Source of the DNA: Camelus ferus
Lineage: Eukaryota
Direction: 5' to 3'
Assembly (NCBI RefSeq): GCF_009834535.1
Contig: NC_045707.1
Coordinates: forward strand, 59,274,001 to 59,338,000
DNA: 64,000 bases
Under the pieces are notes generated by a model, which searched no databases, was not told where the DNA came from, and was given only the letters and a program-made list of their open reading frames with translations. Of the stretch, positions 1 to 14,082 are shown one piece after another; position 1 is the first letter of the stretch; every line of letters begins with the position of its first letter. The position numbers and the translations under genes were made by a program.

Positions 1-287
1 GGGTCTTCAGAAAGGTAATCACGTTAAAGTGCGGTCACTGGGTGAGCCCTGATCTAATAGGACTGGAGTCTTTATAAAAAGAAATTTGGACACAGAGACA
101 TGCATAAAGGGAAGATGAAACAAAGAAATACAGGGAGAAGATGGCCATCTACCAGCCAAGGAGAGTGGCCTGGAACTGATTCTTTCCTCAGAAAGGAACC
201 AACCCTGCTGACACCTTGATTTTGGACACCAAGAACCCAAAACTGTGAGACAACAAATTTGTTATTTAAGTTAACCAGATTATGGTA
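1..287 (+). mobile_element. MaLR LTR, MLT1B-like (cut by window edge)
   Basis: Motifs gagaagatggccatctaccagccaaggagag and aaggaaccaaccctgctgacaccttgattttggac resemble recalled MLT1B. Confidence 0.8.
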
Positions 288-289
288 AA

Positions 290-780
290 AAAATAAAAGT
301 GAGAATTATAATGTTGTAATTAATGACATTAAGACTGGTGGGGATGGTAGTAAAACTCTTAAGTCTCAAGACTATTACAGAGACATTAACATCATATTGA
401 AAGCATCCATGTAAAAACCGGGATGGATAAATGACGGGAATAGGGAGAATACTTCCAAAGTCAACTGAACAGGAAAAGTAGAATTTAAAACCAAAACCTC
501 AATTTAAAAAAAAAAGATGGCAATAAATAAGGAGGAAATATCCAAAGGAAGGGAAAACAAAGTATGCAATGAGATGGTAAAAGTAATTGCAAATATTAAT
601 ACACCATTTATTAAAGAACTAAATGAACGACATTCAACTCTTGAAAGGAAAAGACAGATAAGATTAAAAAAAACCCAAAATCTAGCAATAACATTTACCA
701 AAGACACATCTAAAATATAAGGGCATACTCACATATAACCAGGTGTCTACAAGAACTTTTGAAAAGCAGTTTGGAAAAAG
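290..780 (+). mobile_element. Old degenerate L1 fragment (near ORF2 start)
   Basis: A-rich, resembles the L1 endonuclease 5' region (aaaagacagataagattaaaaaaaacccaaaa...aagacacatctaaaatataa). Confidence 0.45.
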
Positions 781-1592
781 AATTATAAGAAAATTAAGAG
801 TAAAATTTTTGAGGTGTATCTTTAAAATATCATGGCGTATTTTATAAATTATTTTAAAAAACAGCTTAAGAGAATTTGCCATCTTACTAAATGGTAGCAT
901 ATATTATTTATATATACAGTTAACAGGCAATTAGAGAAAAAATGTTCTTCTTTTCCTTTTGTTTTAATATCTGAAAAACATATGGGGCGTTTAAATAAAA
1001 TACTGAGGCTCCACAAAGATAAGAAATTACTTTGTTAATAGCACATTTTCTGCATTAAGCATAAATGATTATTATACTGTTATTATAGTAAGAGATAACT
1101 TTTCAAGCAATGTGATATTCATTAAGTTATTAATATAGTAGTTATCCAGAGACTGCAATATGAAATGAAATTTCAACTAGGGACATCTAAAACACATATT
1201 TTCACTTTTTTTGATTAATCACATTCTAGGTTAGCTAAAAATTAATATAGAAATTACTAATAACTTTGAGAGACAAATTACAACGAGTAAGCCATCGAGC
1301 TAGCAGAGAATCTGTGACTCCAAGTATGTGAAAAGATAAAAGTCCACAAGATAGAAAATAAAATTTTTTGTTTGGCTAGAAGGCAATCAAAATTGATGGA
1401 GTGTAAAAAATATATTGATCAATTCTTTTTCAGAATTACACTATATCTGTTTAAGTTCAATTAAAAACAAACAATTTTTTGGTTGTATTTTCATGTATGG
1501 TATATACATAATGTAAGTGATGCTAATTATATTCAGAAGTTCTAGAATAAATGAAGAAATTCTAAGAGTATCTGACTGCCTCATATGTAAAG

Positions 1593-1840
1593 TAACGGTT
1601 TCAGCACTCAGGATATTTTGAACTGGGTAATTCTTGCTCGTATGTGGAAGAGGTGGGCAGGAGGCTGGCCTGAGCTTTGTAGGATGTTCAGCAGCATCCC
1701 TGGCCTTTACTCCTCCGATAACCAGCAGCACCTCCCTGGCTCCTCTCACCCCCTCCCCCAAGTCGTGATAATCAAAACTGTCTTCAGACATTGCAAAACG
1801 TCTCCTGTGGGGCAAAATTATCCCTGGTTGAGAATCACTG
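1593..1840. mobile_element. MER20 (hAT-Charlie) DNA transposon
   Basis: gtaggatgttcagcagcatccctggcctttac...cagacattgc...ggggcaaaattatccctggttgagaatcactg terminus. Confidence 0.85.
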
Positions 1841-2284
1841 ATTTAATTTGAGCATTTCTAGCTCATTTTCTTTTTCTTAGTGATACTTCAAGAGATTTTC
1901 AATTTCATTTTAGATTACAAATATACCCAATATATAGCCCAGGAGTCTTTATCTAAGAAAATGATTGACACTTGAATGGGAGCAGTGATAACTATGTAAA
2001 GCTACATCTTTCACAGGGTATTATTAAAGTAGACTGAAACATTTTCAGTTGTGTAACATGACTATTAAGAAGGCTCATTAGCATTCTTTGGGGCTACCTC
2101 TATGTATTAGGGATCTCAGTTGCAAATCGAATCTCAGTGCAAATTTAATTTAAAGGAAGAGGAGTTAGAGGCTATCTGGTGTAACCCAAGGGCAAGATAG
2201 CAGCTGGGTTGTCATCTGCAAGCTGGGGCAGTGTCAGGCCCAGAAATATTCTCATCATCCAATTTCTCTTTCTATGCCTACTTT

Positions 2285-3020
2285 ATGTTTTTATTTTAAA
2301 CTTTTTACTATGAAAATTTCCAATTATACACGAAATTAGAGGGAAGAGTGCAGTTAACACCAATTCACCTGTAACTCAGCTTCATCAATTACAATATTCT
2401 ATCATTCTTGTTTCATCTCTTACTTTCCCCTTTCACTCTACATTACTGGAGTGTATGAAAGCAAATTCGAGACATGGTAACATTTTGTTAATAAATATTT
2501 TTGTATATACTGCTAAAAGATATGCTCCTTTTGTGACATAACTATGAAATTACTGCCACCTGTAAATTCAAAACAATTTCTTAATGTTATCAAATATTCC
2601 ATCAGTGCTCAACTTTCCTTGTCTCATCAGTGTCTTTTAATAGTTGATTTATTTAAATTAGAGTCCAACAAGTTCAGTGTTTAGCACTTGATTGATCTGT
2701 CACTTTAATATGTTCTAATCTATAATAATTCCCAGGCTCTCTTTTTTTTCCCATAGTCCCTTGGTTGGTCAAAGAAACTTGGTTATTTGTCCTACAGAAA
2801 TGCCTAAATTGCAGATTTGGCTAACTATACCACCTTACCATTTGGTGTCCCTATCTTCTGTGTCTATCTTTTAATCTGGATATTTGGATCTGGATGCTGA
2901 TCAGACTCAGATTCAAATTTCTGGCAAGAATATTTCATAGTAGTTACAGTATATAGCTCTTACTGCATCGTATCAGAAGGCAAAATTGTTAAATAGTCTC
3001 TCTTCTGTGCAATTAAGTTC
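2285..3020 (-). mobile_element. Old L1M (L1MC/ME-like) 3' UTR
   Basis: T-rich start ttttattttaaactttttactatgaaaatttc... typical of an antisense old L1 3' end. Confidence 0.6.
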
Positions 3021-3165
3021 CCCATCACTTCTTCATTCTTCATTAAATGTCTGATTGTCCAAAATTATGTATTTAGCATTATGTAGCTTTTGTGTGTCCA
3101 AGGACACCATACTGACAACTAGTTTTCCTTAAAATCACAGTGAGCCCATTGACAATGAGTCTCTA

Positions 3166-3810
3166 CTACAAATAGACTTAACATATGACCCAGGAATCCC
3201 GCTCCTGGGCATATATCCAGAAGGAACCCTACTTCAAAAGACACCTGCACCCCAATGTTCATAGCAGCACTATTTACAATAGCCAAGACATGGAAACAGC
3301 CTAAATGTCCATCAACAAATGACTGGATAAAGAAGATGTGGTATATTTATACAATGGAATACTATTCAGCCATAAAAACTGAACATAACTCCAGTTGCAG
3401 CAACACGGATGTTCCTGGAGAATGTCATTCTAAGTGAAGTAAGCCAGAAAGAGAAAGAAAAATACCATATGAGATCGCTCATATGTGGAATCTAAAAAAC
3501 AAAAACAAAAACAAACGAACATAAATACAAAACAGAAACAGACTCATAGACATAGAATACAAACTTGTGGTTGCCAAGGGGGCGAGGGGTGGGAAGGGAC
3601 AGACTGGGATTACAAAATGCAGAACAGATGAACAAGATTATACTGCATAGCACAGGGAAATATATACAAGATCTTGTGGTAGTTCACAGCGAAAAAAAAA
3701 TGTGACAATGAATATATCTATGTTCATGTATAACTGAAATATTGTGCTTTACGCTGGAATTTCACACAACATTGTAAAATGACTATAACTCAATAAAGAA
3801 ATGTTTAAAA
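3166..3810 (+). mobile_element. 5'-truncated lineage-specific L1 (ORF2 C-terminus, 3' UTR, A tail)
   Basis: ORF 3255-3437 MFIAALFTIAKTWKQPKCPS..WIKKMWYIYTMEYYSAIK is the canonical L1 ORF2 C-terminus; AATAAA plus A-rich tail; TSD acaatgagtctcta (3152-3165) vs acaaaaagtctcta (3811-3824). Confidence 0.95.
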
Positions 3811-4839
3811 ACAAAAAGTCTCTATTTTTGAAAGGATTCTGAGTCACGTTTGAGCACTACAGCAGCATCACTGTGGCAAGCGGATAACTTCCCCAACATT
3901 ATTTGAAGAGGATAAAACTCATTCAGATGTATAATTGCTAGTAAATTTGCTTAAAATCCAAATGTCATGGCCTTATAATCACACTATAAAGCTGGTGACA
4001 AAACTGGTAATAATAACTCCCTAGATGTGACTAGTGCTCTAGACCTTCCTCAGCATTTTCACATCCTGAATCTCATTCAGTTCTCCGGACAGACGAGAGG
4101 TGCTGCTGGCAGGCCATCCCGGGCACTCAGGATGGACGTGCACCTCCCCGACAGTCCTTCTGCTGTCCTCCGGCAGAAGAGGGCTGACGGCTGATAATGG
4201 AATTGTTTCTTTCATGAATGCAATGTTGCTACCAGAGATAGCTTACTCAACTTTAATAACCAACTTTAAAATATGGAGGTCAAAGTCGCAAAATTGGACT
4301 GGGGCTTTGTGGGCAAAACTATTAAAACAGGTTGCACAGGTTAGAAATGACTATGAGGACCGTCTACATCATATGATGGAGGAGGAAACTGAGACCAAAA
4401 GTGGGAAACGTAAAAACGAGGCAATCACCCACAGGGATTGTATTTCATTTATTACTTTATCATGAATTACTAAGATTCTTATTATCTGTGCATTAAAATC
4501 TAGTATCACTCAATACTACACTAGGCTGAGACCATGAGAAATTCAAAATTAGATCTCTGTGAGAAAAAGTCGACAGAAGGCCTGTCAGTGAGATGTACGT
4601 ACTAATTTCTAGCCAGACTGTTCCAAAGACAGGAAAAATGAAAAATAAAACAAGCATATGGATGCTCGTGAACACAGGAAAGATCACTTAACTTCATTAT
4701 ATTATATATATAACTATATCATTTCTGGTTTGATAAATCTTTGAGGGTCTTGTACATTCAAGGATCTAAACAGGTGCCCTAGAAGACGCAGCTATGGACT
4801 GGAAATTGTCTTTGACTCCAAGCAAGGAGGGTAATGTGA

Positions 4840-5380
4840 AATGTGATAAAACATTAAAATAAACAATTAAGATGATGAATGTTATAAATGCTATGAAAAT
4901 GTTACAGGTAAAAACTACAGAAAGCTAATTCCAACCGGAGGTAGTTAGACTTCATGAAAGGGGTGGCAATTTTCAAGGATGAACAGGATTCAGGCCTTCG
5001 AGGCAGAGACTGTGTGTGGCTTCAGCAAAACAAAGGTTTGAGAAAAATGTTTCTGTCCTCTGGAAAGAAAAATGAATATCATGGTTTGAGGACAAAGTAG
5101 CACAAAGGAAGGATAAAGGCAAGAGATCAAAATGCAGTGGGATGAAGTTGGGAGGGCTGTGGATTCCATGCCAGGGAATGGGGCTTCGTTTCAATGACAA
5201 TGAGACACCTTCAAAGGACTTTTCAGCAGGGACACGCATATTTAATACACTGATGTAGAAGGATTCTTCTGCAGCTGTATTAAAGATTAATTGAAAGGGA
5301 AAGAGAGTGGAGATGGCTGGGAAGAAAACCAACCAACCTCTAAATCAGGAAATGAAAGCAGGGAGAGGAAAATGAACAGG
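4840..5380 (-). mobile_element. L2 fragment
   Basis: Purine-rich antisense L2 pattern (caatgagacaccttcaaaggacttttcagcaggg...). Confidence 0.5.
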
Positions 5381-5778
5381 AGAACTGAAGAAGCAGCCAG
5401 GCCATGACTACATAATGGCTGAAGCCACTTGCGACCTCAATTTGATGTTCCTACTTTTCGGGGAATCAGATTTTTGTGTTTAAACTTCTATGTGAATCTT
5501 TAAATAATGTAATTTTAAAATGCCAAAAAACATATCCCCTACATCATAGGGGTATATACTGTTTCATTCTTTCTGCCATAAAATGGTATCTAACAATGGC
5601 TGGCACAGAATAATCATTTAATGGATTTTTCTTACAGTTCAGGTGTGAAAAAATGGTAGGCTGCAAACACCACCATGTTAACTGATGAGATAATGACATT
5701 TACTTGCCATGGTTTTAGGTTTTAGTGACCCAGCTGAGGAACAACTGAAGCCCATAACCATTAAAAAGCCTATCTCTA

Positions 5779-5906
5779 GAGAGGGGAGGGCATAGCTCAG
5801 TGGTGCAGCACATGCCTAGCATGCAACAGGCCCTGGGTTCAGTCCCCAGCATCACCGTTAAATAAACAACTAAATAAACCTAATTTCCTCCCCATGCCAA
5901 AAAAAA
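5779..5906 (+). mobile_element. tRNA-derived SINE, camelid Vic-1-like
   Basis: ggggagggcatagctcagtgg (A box), gggttcagtcccc (B box), taaataaacctaat, poly(A); TSD aaaaagcctatctcta (5763-5778) vs aaaaaccctttctcta (5907-5922). Confidence 0.9.
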
Positions 5907-6749
5907 AAAAACCCTTTCTCTAAGTGTGCAGGATTTACTCAATGTTCATATATAAAACATATGGTTAAAAATAGTAAGTGAAAATTATTTGGGCCAACAT
6001 TAAGTTCTTAAAACTGGAAAAAGATTTTTTTTTTTTTTTTTGCATGAGAAAAGATGGGAAAATTCATCCAGAATTAAGTTTTTCTATCTAGGTGGAACAC
6101 TGAAGAAATCATATGATAATCAATTTGCTCACATCTAGAAAGCGTAAAAGCACAACAGGATATACAAAGCAGTGTATAAATATGTGAAAGAAAACCTCAG
6201 AGCACTTTATATTTCTCTAAGTGACAGAGCAGCCAGCATCTCTGATGGTGGAAGCCCTCAAAAACCTGTGTAGTGTCAGGATTTCCATTAGACTTTTGTT
6301 TTCATCATATGTAATATTTCTGAACACAATTCAATTCAATATGCTGTTGCCAGATAGTGGAACAAATAAAATGCAGTTAACTTCTAGTGTCTTCACGTCG
6401 CCTGGGCCCCATGGGGTCTCACTGGAAGTGACTGCCACTCCATCAGACAGCCAGGAGTGGCCCCAGGGGACTGTCTGTCTCCCTCTTTGGGTTATATTGT
6501 GTTGCTTTTAGTTATTTCCTTCATAATAGGAATAATAGATCTTTCCGTGTACACGAGCTTTTCTCTTTCACATTTAAAGGCATCCAATCCCCTCTCAAAT
6601 CAGACGGAAGCACGTAGCTATCTCTGGGTGATGAGGGGTGAAGGGTGGAGCAAAGTGGGATCATTATGACAGAAAGACAAGGAGACAAGTCTTAATATTT
6701 AGTTTCTGGTCATCCTATCCACAGCCTCTTGGACTAACCTGACTATAAT

Positions 6750-8915
6750 CACTCATTCATTCATCCAACCAATAAATATTTCCTGAATGCCTATTTTATC
6801 CCAAATACTGTCTAAGCCCTGGAGATACATGGTGAACAAACCTTCTTTCCTTGTGGAGCTTCTATTCTATTCATGTTTCCAGAAAAGAAAACAGGTAAAT
6901 ATTTTCAGTGGGGATACAATCCACGGGGAAACAAGACAGCTGATTTGGGAGAAGAGCACCATTTTAGGGTGGGGAGAGTTACAGGGAAAGCACTGTCTTT
7001 AAAGGGGATTTAGGGAAGGCCTTGCTGAGATGACATATGAGCATGTCCTGAGCGGGACGAGTTACTGGACCCTGTGAGTAATGGTGGGATGAGAATTCCA
7101 GGCAAATGAAAGAGCAGGACAAAGGCCCTGAGAGGGGAGCCTGCCTGGTTCACCTGAGGAACAGTAAGCAGACTGGCCAGTGAGGCTGGCGGGGAGTCAA
7201 GGAGGGGAACGGGGTAATGTGCACCCAGGTCTCCATTTATAACAATGACTGACTGACACAGACTGGCTAATGTCAATGAAAGAAGGATTTCCTGCTGACA
7301 GTTCCAGAGAGAGGACGACACACCACACCATGCAGAGCCACGGAGGAAAATTCAGTCAGGAGGCCGGAGCACGAGTGAGGAGAACGCACAGGACACAGCC
7401 TTGCCCGGGGTTTCTGTGGGAAAGGCCAGGAAGGCAGGGTAAACCGCTTGGTACCAGCTAGCATGAATAATTCCAGCAGCCTGTGCCACACCGGGCTGTC
7501 TGTGATTGTCTGGTCTCCGGCCCGGGCTCGATTTCGGGCAGGAGAAACACTGAAGCGGTGTGTGAGAGCGACATGAAAGAGGTGGTTGGGAAGATCGACT
7601 CAGTATCGATCAGAGGGTTTGTAATATGATTTTCACGTGCCAGCAAAAACTGGATCATGGGGAGATGTAAACAAGTGTGGCCGTTAGTTTGGCCCAGTGA
7701 TTAATGGATGCCAAGGAGACAAATACAGGATTTATAAAAACCCAGTCAGAGTACAGTGGCCGGAATACAAGGCCAGAAAAGTCAAAGATGCAGATGATTG
7801 ATGCAGTTGTCTATAAGCCGTTGTGTTTTGGATTTTACTTTCAGTGAGATAAGAAGGCAGTTGAAAAGCCTTGAGCCGAGGAGTGGCGTGACCTGCCTTA
7901 GACTTTAAAGGGACCTCTGTGGCTGCCATGCTGCTGTGACAGAAATAGTTTGGGGGAAGACAGAAGGACATCCGTAGTCTCGTTTCTGACTTACTAACTT
8001 GAGGCATCTGTTAGACATCCAGGTACACCTGTCGACAAATCAGCAGGTTATATAATCTGTTTCTAATTATGTATCTGGAAATCTTTGGTTTATTTCAGGT
8101 GATTTTTTTTAAGGCCAGGAGACTAAACGAGGTCCCTCTAGGGACTGGGCACAGATGGAGAGGGGCGGTGACTGAGCTCCGTGGCACTGGAACATTGAGA
8201 GATAGGGAAATGAGCTGAAACCGATACAACAGACTCAGAAGGAACAGACAGTAAGAGAAGAGAACCATGGTGCCCCGGAGGATGTGTGAAAATTTTGCTT
8301 TGAGAAGGAAATGGTGATCAAGTGTTGAACTCTCCCCAAGGTTTTAATAAGAGGAGGGTGACTGCATTTAGCAATTTGGAGGTCTTCGGTGACACTGATA
8401 AGACGTACTTTAGTAGAGCGATATGGATGAAAGACTAACTGGAGAGGATTCAACAGAAAATGGGAGGAGAGAAATCCAAGACAGAGTATAGACGACTTCT
8501 TGTAGGAGTTTTGCTGTATAAACAAGCAGAGAATTGAGAGGGACTGGAGATAAACACTGGGTCGAGGAAGTTGTTATTTCATTTTTTAACATGGTTGGTG
8601 TCATGGTGTGTTTTCATGTCTATGGGACTAAGTCAGTAAAGTGGGAACAATAAGGAGACCAGACAGAGTCAGGGAAGTTGATGGAGAGATGTTCTTAAGT
8701 GAGTAAGAGGGGATAAGATCAAGTGAGTAAACAGGAGAGTCAGTCTTAGATGGGAGCCGGAGCATTTTATTCACAGTATTAGCAGGGAATACAGAGTGTA
8801 GGGCTACAGGTAGGGATGTAATGGCAGATGTGGTGGAAGTTACTTCCCGATTGCTTTCTGTTTTCTTCAGTGTAATGAGAAGCTGAGATTATAGAATGGG
8901 GAGGAGGTTTTGGAT
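6750..8915 (-). mobile_element. Long L2a-like element interrupted by an LTR
   Basis: L2 3' terminus cattcattcatccaaccaataaatatttcctgaatgcct; L2-like sequence continues on both sides of 7218-7769. Confidence 0.8.
7218..7769. mobile_element. ERVL-type solo LTR (MER54/MER74-like) inside the L2
   Basis: TG...CA termini; ggcagggtaaac...gctagcatgaataattccagc motif. Confidence 0.6.
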
Positions 8916-9294
8916 CTCTTTCATTTCACACCCCTAAAGTATATACGACCTTCCCATCACTGGCAAACAATAACTAACCCACAATAATGCTTCATCCACT
9001 ATTCACCGTCCGTATCTCTGGAGAAGGGTGTGTCAGAATGTGCAACAACTAAAGATAGTGCCCCTCCGTGTATTTCAGATGTGCCTTTTCAGAGAAGTGG
9101 TGCCTTATTCCCTCTCCAGTGGGAATCTACTATTTAAAGAGTTTTCTCTAAGGATACTCTCTGCCCCTTGCAAAAAAGTTTCCACTTCATCAGTCTGGTC
9201 CTTACTGCTTGCTGGACATGTGCAGGCTTTTTGGTATCTATAAATAGGTTCATGCCTGGTTTCGAGACCAATATTAATATTATAGAAGCACATA

Positions 9295-9640
9295 ATTACT
9301 GATTCTTACAAGTGCTGTGAAAAAAGGAGGTAAATCTGAACTGAAATCTGAAGGAGAAGGGGGATAGGCAAAAAAGAAAGAGCACACACACAGACCTTGA
9401 AGTAGGCATTGGAGAAGCCAAAAAGGGGCCAATGAGGTAGGAACACAGAAAATGAAGGAGTAAAGGGGGATGGAGACAGAAAGTGAAAAAGTTGGAGAGA
9501 CAGGCCAGCATTAGGTGATGCAGAATCTTATAGGTCATTTTCTGAGTTTTGGGTTTTATCCTAAGACTAATGGAAAGCCAATGAAGTCATTTATGCAGAA
9601 AGTTAACGTGATCAGATCTGCATTGCAAAAGCAGTTCACA
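9295..9640 (-). mobile_element. L2 fragment
   Basis: ttttatcctaagactaatggaaagccaatgaag...gtgatcagatctgcatt. Confidence 0.65.
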
Positions 9641-11054
9641 GGTGAGAGATGGTTTTCCTTTTTATGCAGTGAGCTCCAAATATAGGTATGGTGGTTTAAA
9701 GGAGCCAGAGAATCAGGCATGCATGAGCAAATCTGCTATAAGTATTTAAAGACCAGAAGGATGAACATATGAAATGAAGCTGGGAAGGCAATATTGATTG
9801 AGTCCATCATTTAAGTTTTCCACCCCGCAAATCTATATCCACAGACCTTAACTGTCTCCGTATTTGTCTTACCAATGAAGTCATTTCCTGAATTTCCTCC
9901 CATTCTTCTTTCCCAAGATCCAGTCCTGGTCTCTTTTATTTTCTCATTGAATCTTAACAACTGTCATCTCTTCAGCTTCCCAAAGCTTTCAAATGCTCAG
10001 AACTTAAAGGCTTTTCTTCTAATACACCCTTCCCTCTACCACACTATTTCTAGGTTCTGCATTTCTATCACCGTTGCTGCTTTAAAAGGTAGTTGTACTT
10101 TCTCACCTCCAGTAAGTCACTCACAGTCTGTTAACAACAGTTGTCTCTCCCTCCAGCCTAGGTACAAAACCCTCCATCTTGGGGCAGGATTCAGGGATTA
10201 ACTCAAAGTGCTGTCCCAATGTTAAGCAATCATTTGCTGACAAGCAACCAGTAGGATTAATTTGGTTGATAATTTGATCACTGTTGAGAAACTTATTTTT
10301 AAAAATGGTTGCTGAGGAATTACTATGACACTAGATACTGACTTTCAGCTATATCTCATTGGTAACCATTTGATTGATCCAAAATTTCCTTACATAGTTG
10401 GGAGCCCCAATTACAGAGAAGAGAAAGTCACATAGTTTTTCTTTTAAAATGAGCAGAACTACTACTGAGTATGACGAGCTTTTATGTAGTTGTCAAAGGT
10501 TAGTATAAACACTAATTAAAAAGAAAAATAATGGTTAAAGTATTTTTAATGTTAACTGAACAAATGTTTTTACTATGACCGACTTAAAATGTAGGTACCA
10601 TTATCTAAAGCATAACAGTTTTGTGAGTTTTAAAGTATTTTTAGGTTAATTTGTCCAATGATGACAAAACTACTTAGACTTTATTTTCACATAATGCATG
10701 TAGGTTCACATATATTATATCAACATGATTTTTAAATTATAGAGCTTTTCATAGTGATGGTGAATGCTAATATGAACAATACAGCATGACTATTCCAAAA
10801 ACCCCTCTGAACCGCCTTTAGAACTTGCTTTTTATCTCTGCCTAGAGATTCATTTGGTTTAGGGATCTCCTGAGTTAACTCCATGAGTGAGTTCTCCTGG
10901 TAGCCCTCACATGTTTCCAGTCAATGGCAGTTTTAAATGAAATTTCACCGAAGTTCAGCACAGTAAATTAGCTCTGGGCTAGGAAGCGTTGTGCAGAGTT
11001 ACAGAAAAGACAATAGTCTTGCTCTTTATATTTTTTATTAGAAATGACATTTAT

Positions 11055-11510
11055 AGGGTGGGGAGGAGGACACTTTCAGTTGCTTAAACAATAGCCATTC
11101 CCTGCTCTGCCCTGTTCTTCTTTGCTAGTATACCCTACTTTCCTTACTGTAGAGGCAGAAGACTCCACATAGTCCCTCAGTCTCTCTCAGGTAGAGCATG
11201 GGCATGTGACTCAGCCTTCATCAAGGGGACCCAAGCTAAAGTTTGCCAATAGGCTCCTTGGAAATACTTTTGTTTTTCGTAAAAAGAGGATGTGCTGGAG
11301 CTGTGGCAGCCTCCCAGTGACCATGAGGAAACAAACTTATCGATAAACACCAACACACTAAAACTGCAGATCAGAAAGAACGAACCTGGGTCTCTGATGC
11401 CATAATGAGGTCTCTAAAGCAAGCTTGGAGCCATCCTACATTTATACTTTATTTGGTCTATTACATTTTTCCCTTGCATAATTCATCTTTATTTGGGAAT
11501 AATGACCTGA
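11055..11510 (+). mobile_element. Ancient ERVL/MaLR-type LTR
   Basis: gggcatgtgactcag...gctggagctgtggcagcc...gaccatgagg...cctgggtctctgatg; subfamily not resolved. Confidence 0.5.
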
Positions 11511-12336
11511 TTAAATCTCTAAGTAAACATGTTAATTAAATATCTTGCTAGTAGTTACAAGTAGAACGGTAATGGAGAATTCTTATCTCTGGACACTTTT
11601 AACAGATTCTATCTTGACTGTCCAGGTCTTTAATGATAAACAGACTTAGAATTTATTAATTTATGAGGCTTGGCCAGCTACAAAATGCCATGTCAGCTAC
11701 ATAATTAGTCGAGTACAAAATGAAGTTTTATAACCATCACATCTCCCTTTGTGTAAGCAAGGCTCTACATGCATCATTTAAAGGCTTTATATATTAAATC
11801 TGGGCCAGGGTGAATAATACTAACACTATAAGGAAAGATGCAGAATACTGTGTTACTAGTCCCAGACTTTACCATATTTCACCTCTATTTCCTTTGAATT
11901 ATTAGAAAAGTTTGATACAGGATCAGGTATCTGGATTTTGTAAATGTGATTTGACAACTAAACCCTTCGTGGTATCTCACTGTCACTACTTATAACTTTC
12001 ATATACCTTTCATGTTGTAATGAGAAATATAAAATGGCAACTCAAGCAGGACAACAATATTTTCAGAAGCTGTCTAAAGAGCAACGCAATGCTTTCTCCC
12101 TTCTCATCAACTCTGTATGGGTTCTTCCTAACTAAAAGCCAAGACTCTCAAACTGGCCGTGGAGAAAATTTTCATTTTAAACTGTGTTTTGAGATCTGAA
12201 GAGGAAGACTGTGTATCCTTCAGAAATCCTAGACTTTGAGCTGAGCTCAGTAAGTAGGGGTCTTGTTTGAGGAGGCAGGGGTTGGAAGAAACATACTTAA
12301 GTTAGAGGGAGAAGTGTGTCTGGATATGGGAAAGCC

Positions 12337-12808
12337 TTGTTGCACAGACTAATATTTGCCTCTCAAAACCATTTTTTCCTTCTTACATAGTCATAGGATT
12401 TCTACTGAATCACAAGCTACTCAATGTGAAACAGCATTCCCCACTTCCCTGACAGCTAGGTTCAGTCTTGTGACTCAGTTCTAGCCAGTGAAACATCAGT
12501 GGGATCATCATGTACAATTTCCACATCATGGCCATAAAGGGAAAAAAAACAGTAGCCTCTGTTTTCCATTTTCATTCTCCCTTTCTCTGACTAGCAGAAA
12601 CCATACTGTACCATGAGATGGAGGCTGTTTCTTAAAGACGAAAGGGCAACAAAACAGAAGAAGACAGGATATTTGATATTTATAGAATTACCATGGTAGC
12701 CTGGACCCTAGGCTTTTGCATGGAAGAGAAAATAAAAATTCCTTTGGATCAAGACACTATTATCTTCGTTCTCTACTACTGAGCTGAACCAATATTCAAA
12801 CTAACATA
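12337..12808 (+). mobile_element. Ancient ERVL/MaLR-type LTR
   Basis: cattccccacttccctgacagctagg...tgtgactcagttctagccagtg; similar to 19789-20216. Confidence 0.55.
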
Positions 12809-13711
12809 TTCACTCAGCCTCATAATGATTCAGCATTTGCCCTCTCTCTGTATATATATTGTATTTGGTCCTTTAAGTTTTTATATATTTAAATTATATA
12901 TCTTGAAAACTCTTAGCATAGTCAACTAAAAGTGTTATTATTACTATGCAAAAAAGGGAAGAATAGATAATTGGGGAACAACTAGCAGTTTCTGTCATAT
13001 TGGATTATTTTGGTAAATGAACAAAATACAATTTCAGCGGCACATGGGCTTAAAATATTATTTAACAAGTTTATTTCTCAATTATCACCATCCACAGATT
13101 TTCCTCACCTGTTATTTTAAGAAAATGTTAGCATTTGCCTAAAGTTCTCAATATAAACTCTTTTTTGCATCATGAGCCTTCCCAAAATAATCAGGTAGCT
13201 TAAACTTGTTCCTAGAAAATCATTTTGGTTGGAAGGATGTCAGTACAGAAGCTCCTACATTTATAAACTTTTAAATTAAGAAGTTTTGTGCATGTACAAA
13301 AGCTGCCCTCTAAGGCAAAGCACATTAACCTTGGACTTTACAAGCATTTGGAAGGATAGTATTAGGGTTTTTTTTAATTTCCTCAACCAATTTTTGTTTT
13401 GCATTTTTTCCTGTTGGTTTTATATATTTTATGAATGTATGTTCACTGGCACTTGAAAAATGCAAAAGCAGTGAGAATGTGTAAAAAAGACTTCTGATTT
13501 AGAATGAAAACAGTAATAATAAAATTAAGCAATTTGTGAGAAGATAATTTTGTTTGTACATAAAGAATAGTAGGGAGTATGATCTTAAAGGAAAAGAGTA
13601 AATCATGCAATGTGTGGAAAGAACTACAGACCTCTGCAATAGTACGTAATCATCAAATGATAAGAAAAATCAGTTGCAAATAGGAAAACTAGATTTGTGT
13701 GGCTGGGACCC

Positions 13712-13893
13712 ATAGTCACAAACTTTGCCAGATGCTGGACTCACTGAGAGCCCATTAGAAACACTGACGTCTGTCTCCTTCTCCCCGGAGGTTCTAATTT
13801 AATTGGTCTCTGTTGTAGCATGTAGCCTGGATATCTAGATTTTTAAAATCTCCCCAAGTGGTTCTAATGTGCAGTCAAGTTTGAAGATCACTG
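13712..13893. mobile_element. MER5-family hAT element
   Basis: ttctaatttaattggtct...tttaaaatctccccaagtggttctaatgtgcagtcaagtttgaagatcactg. Confidence 0.75.
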
Positions 13894-14082
13894 AATTAAA
13901 GTAATAGCATCCATGCCAGATGCCAACTAGTATAATGTTAGTGCAGGAGAAGTTTGGGAATTCATCCAAAACCTTAAATTTAAGATTGGAGAAGGGTCTG
14001 ATTATAAAAATACCTCAAGCCACAGAGGGTCAGAACCTATCACTCCATCTATAATAGAGTAGATCCTCAGATTCTGTAAGGT

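Noticed and set aside
3255..3437. 60-aa ORF with real protein similarity
   Set aside because: L1 ORF2 C-terminal remnant that goes out of frame; not a host gene
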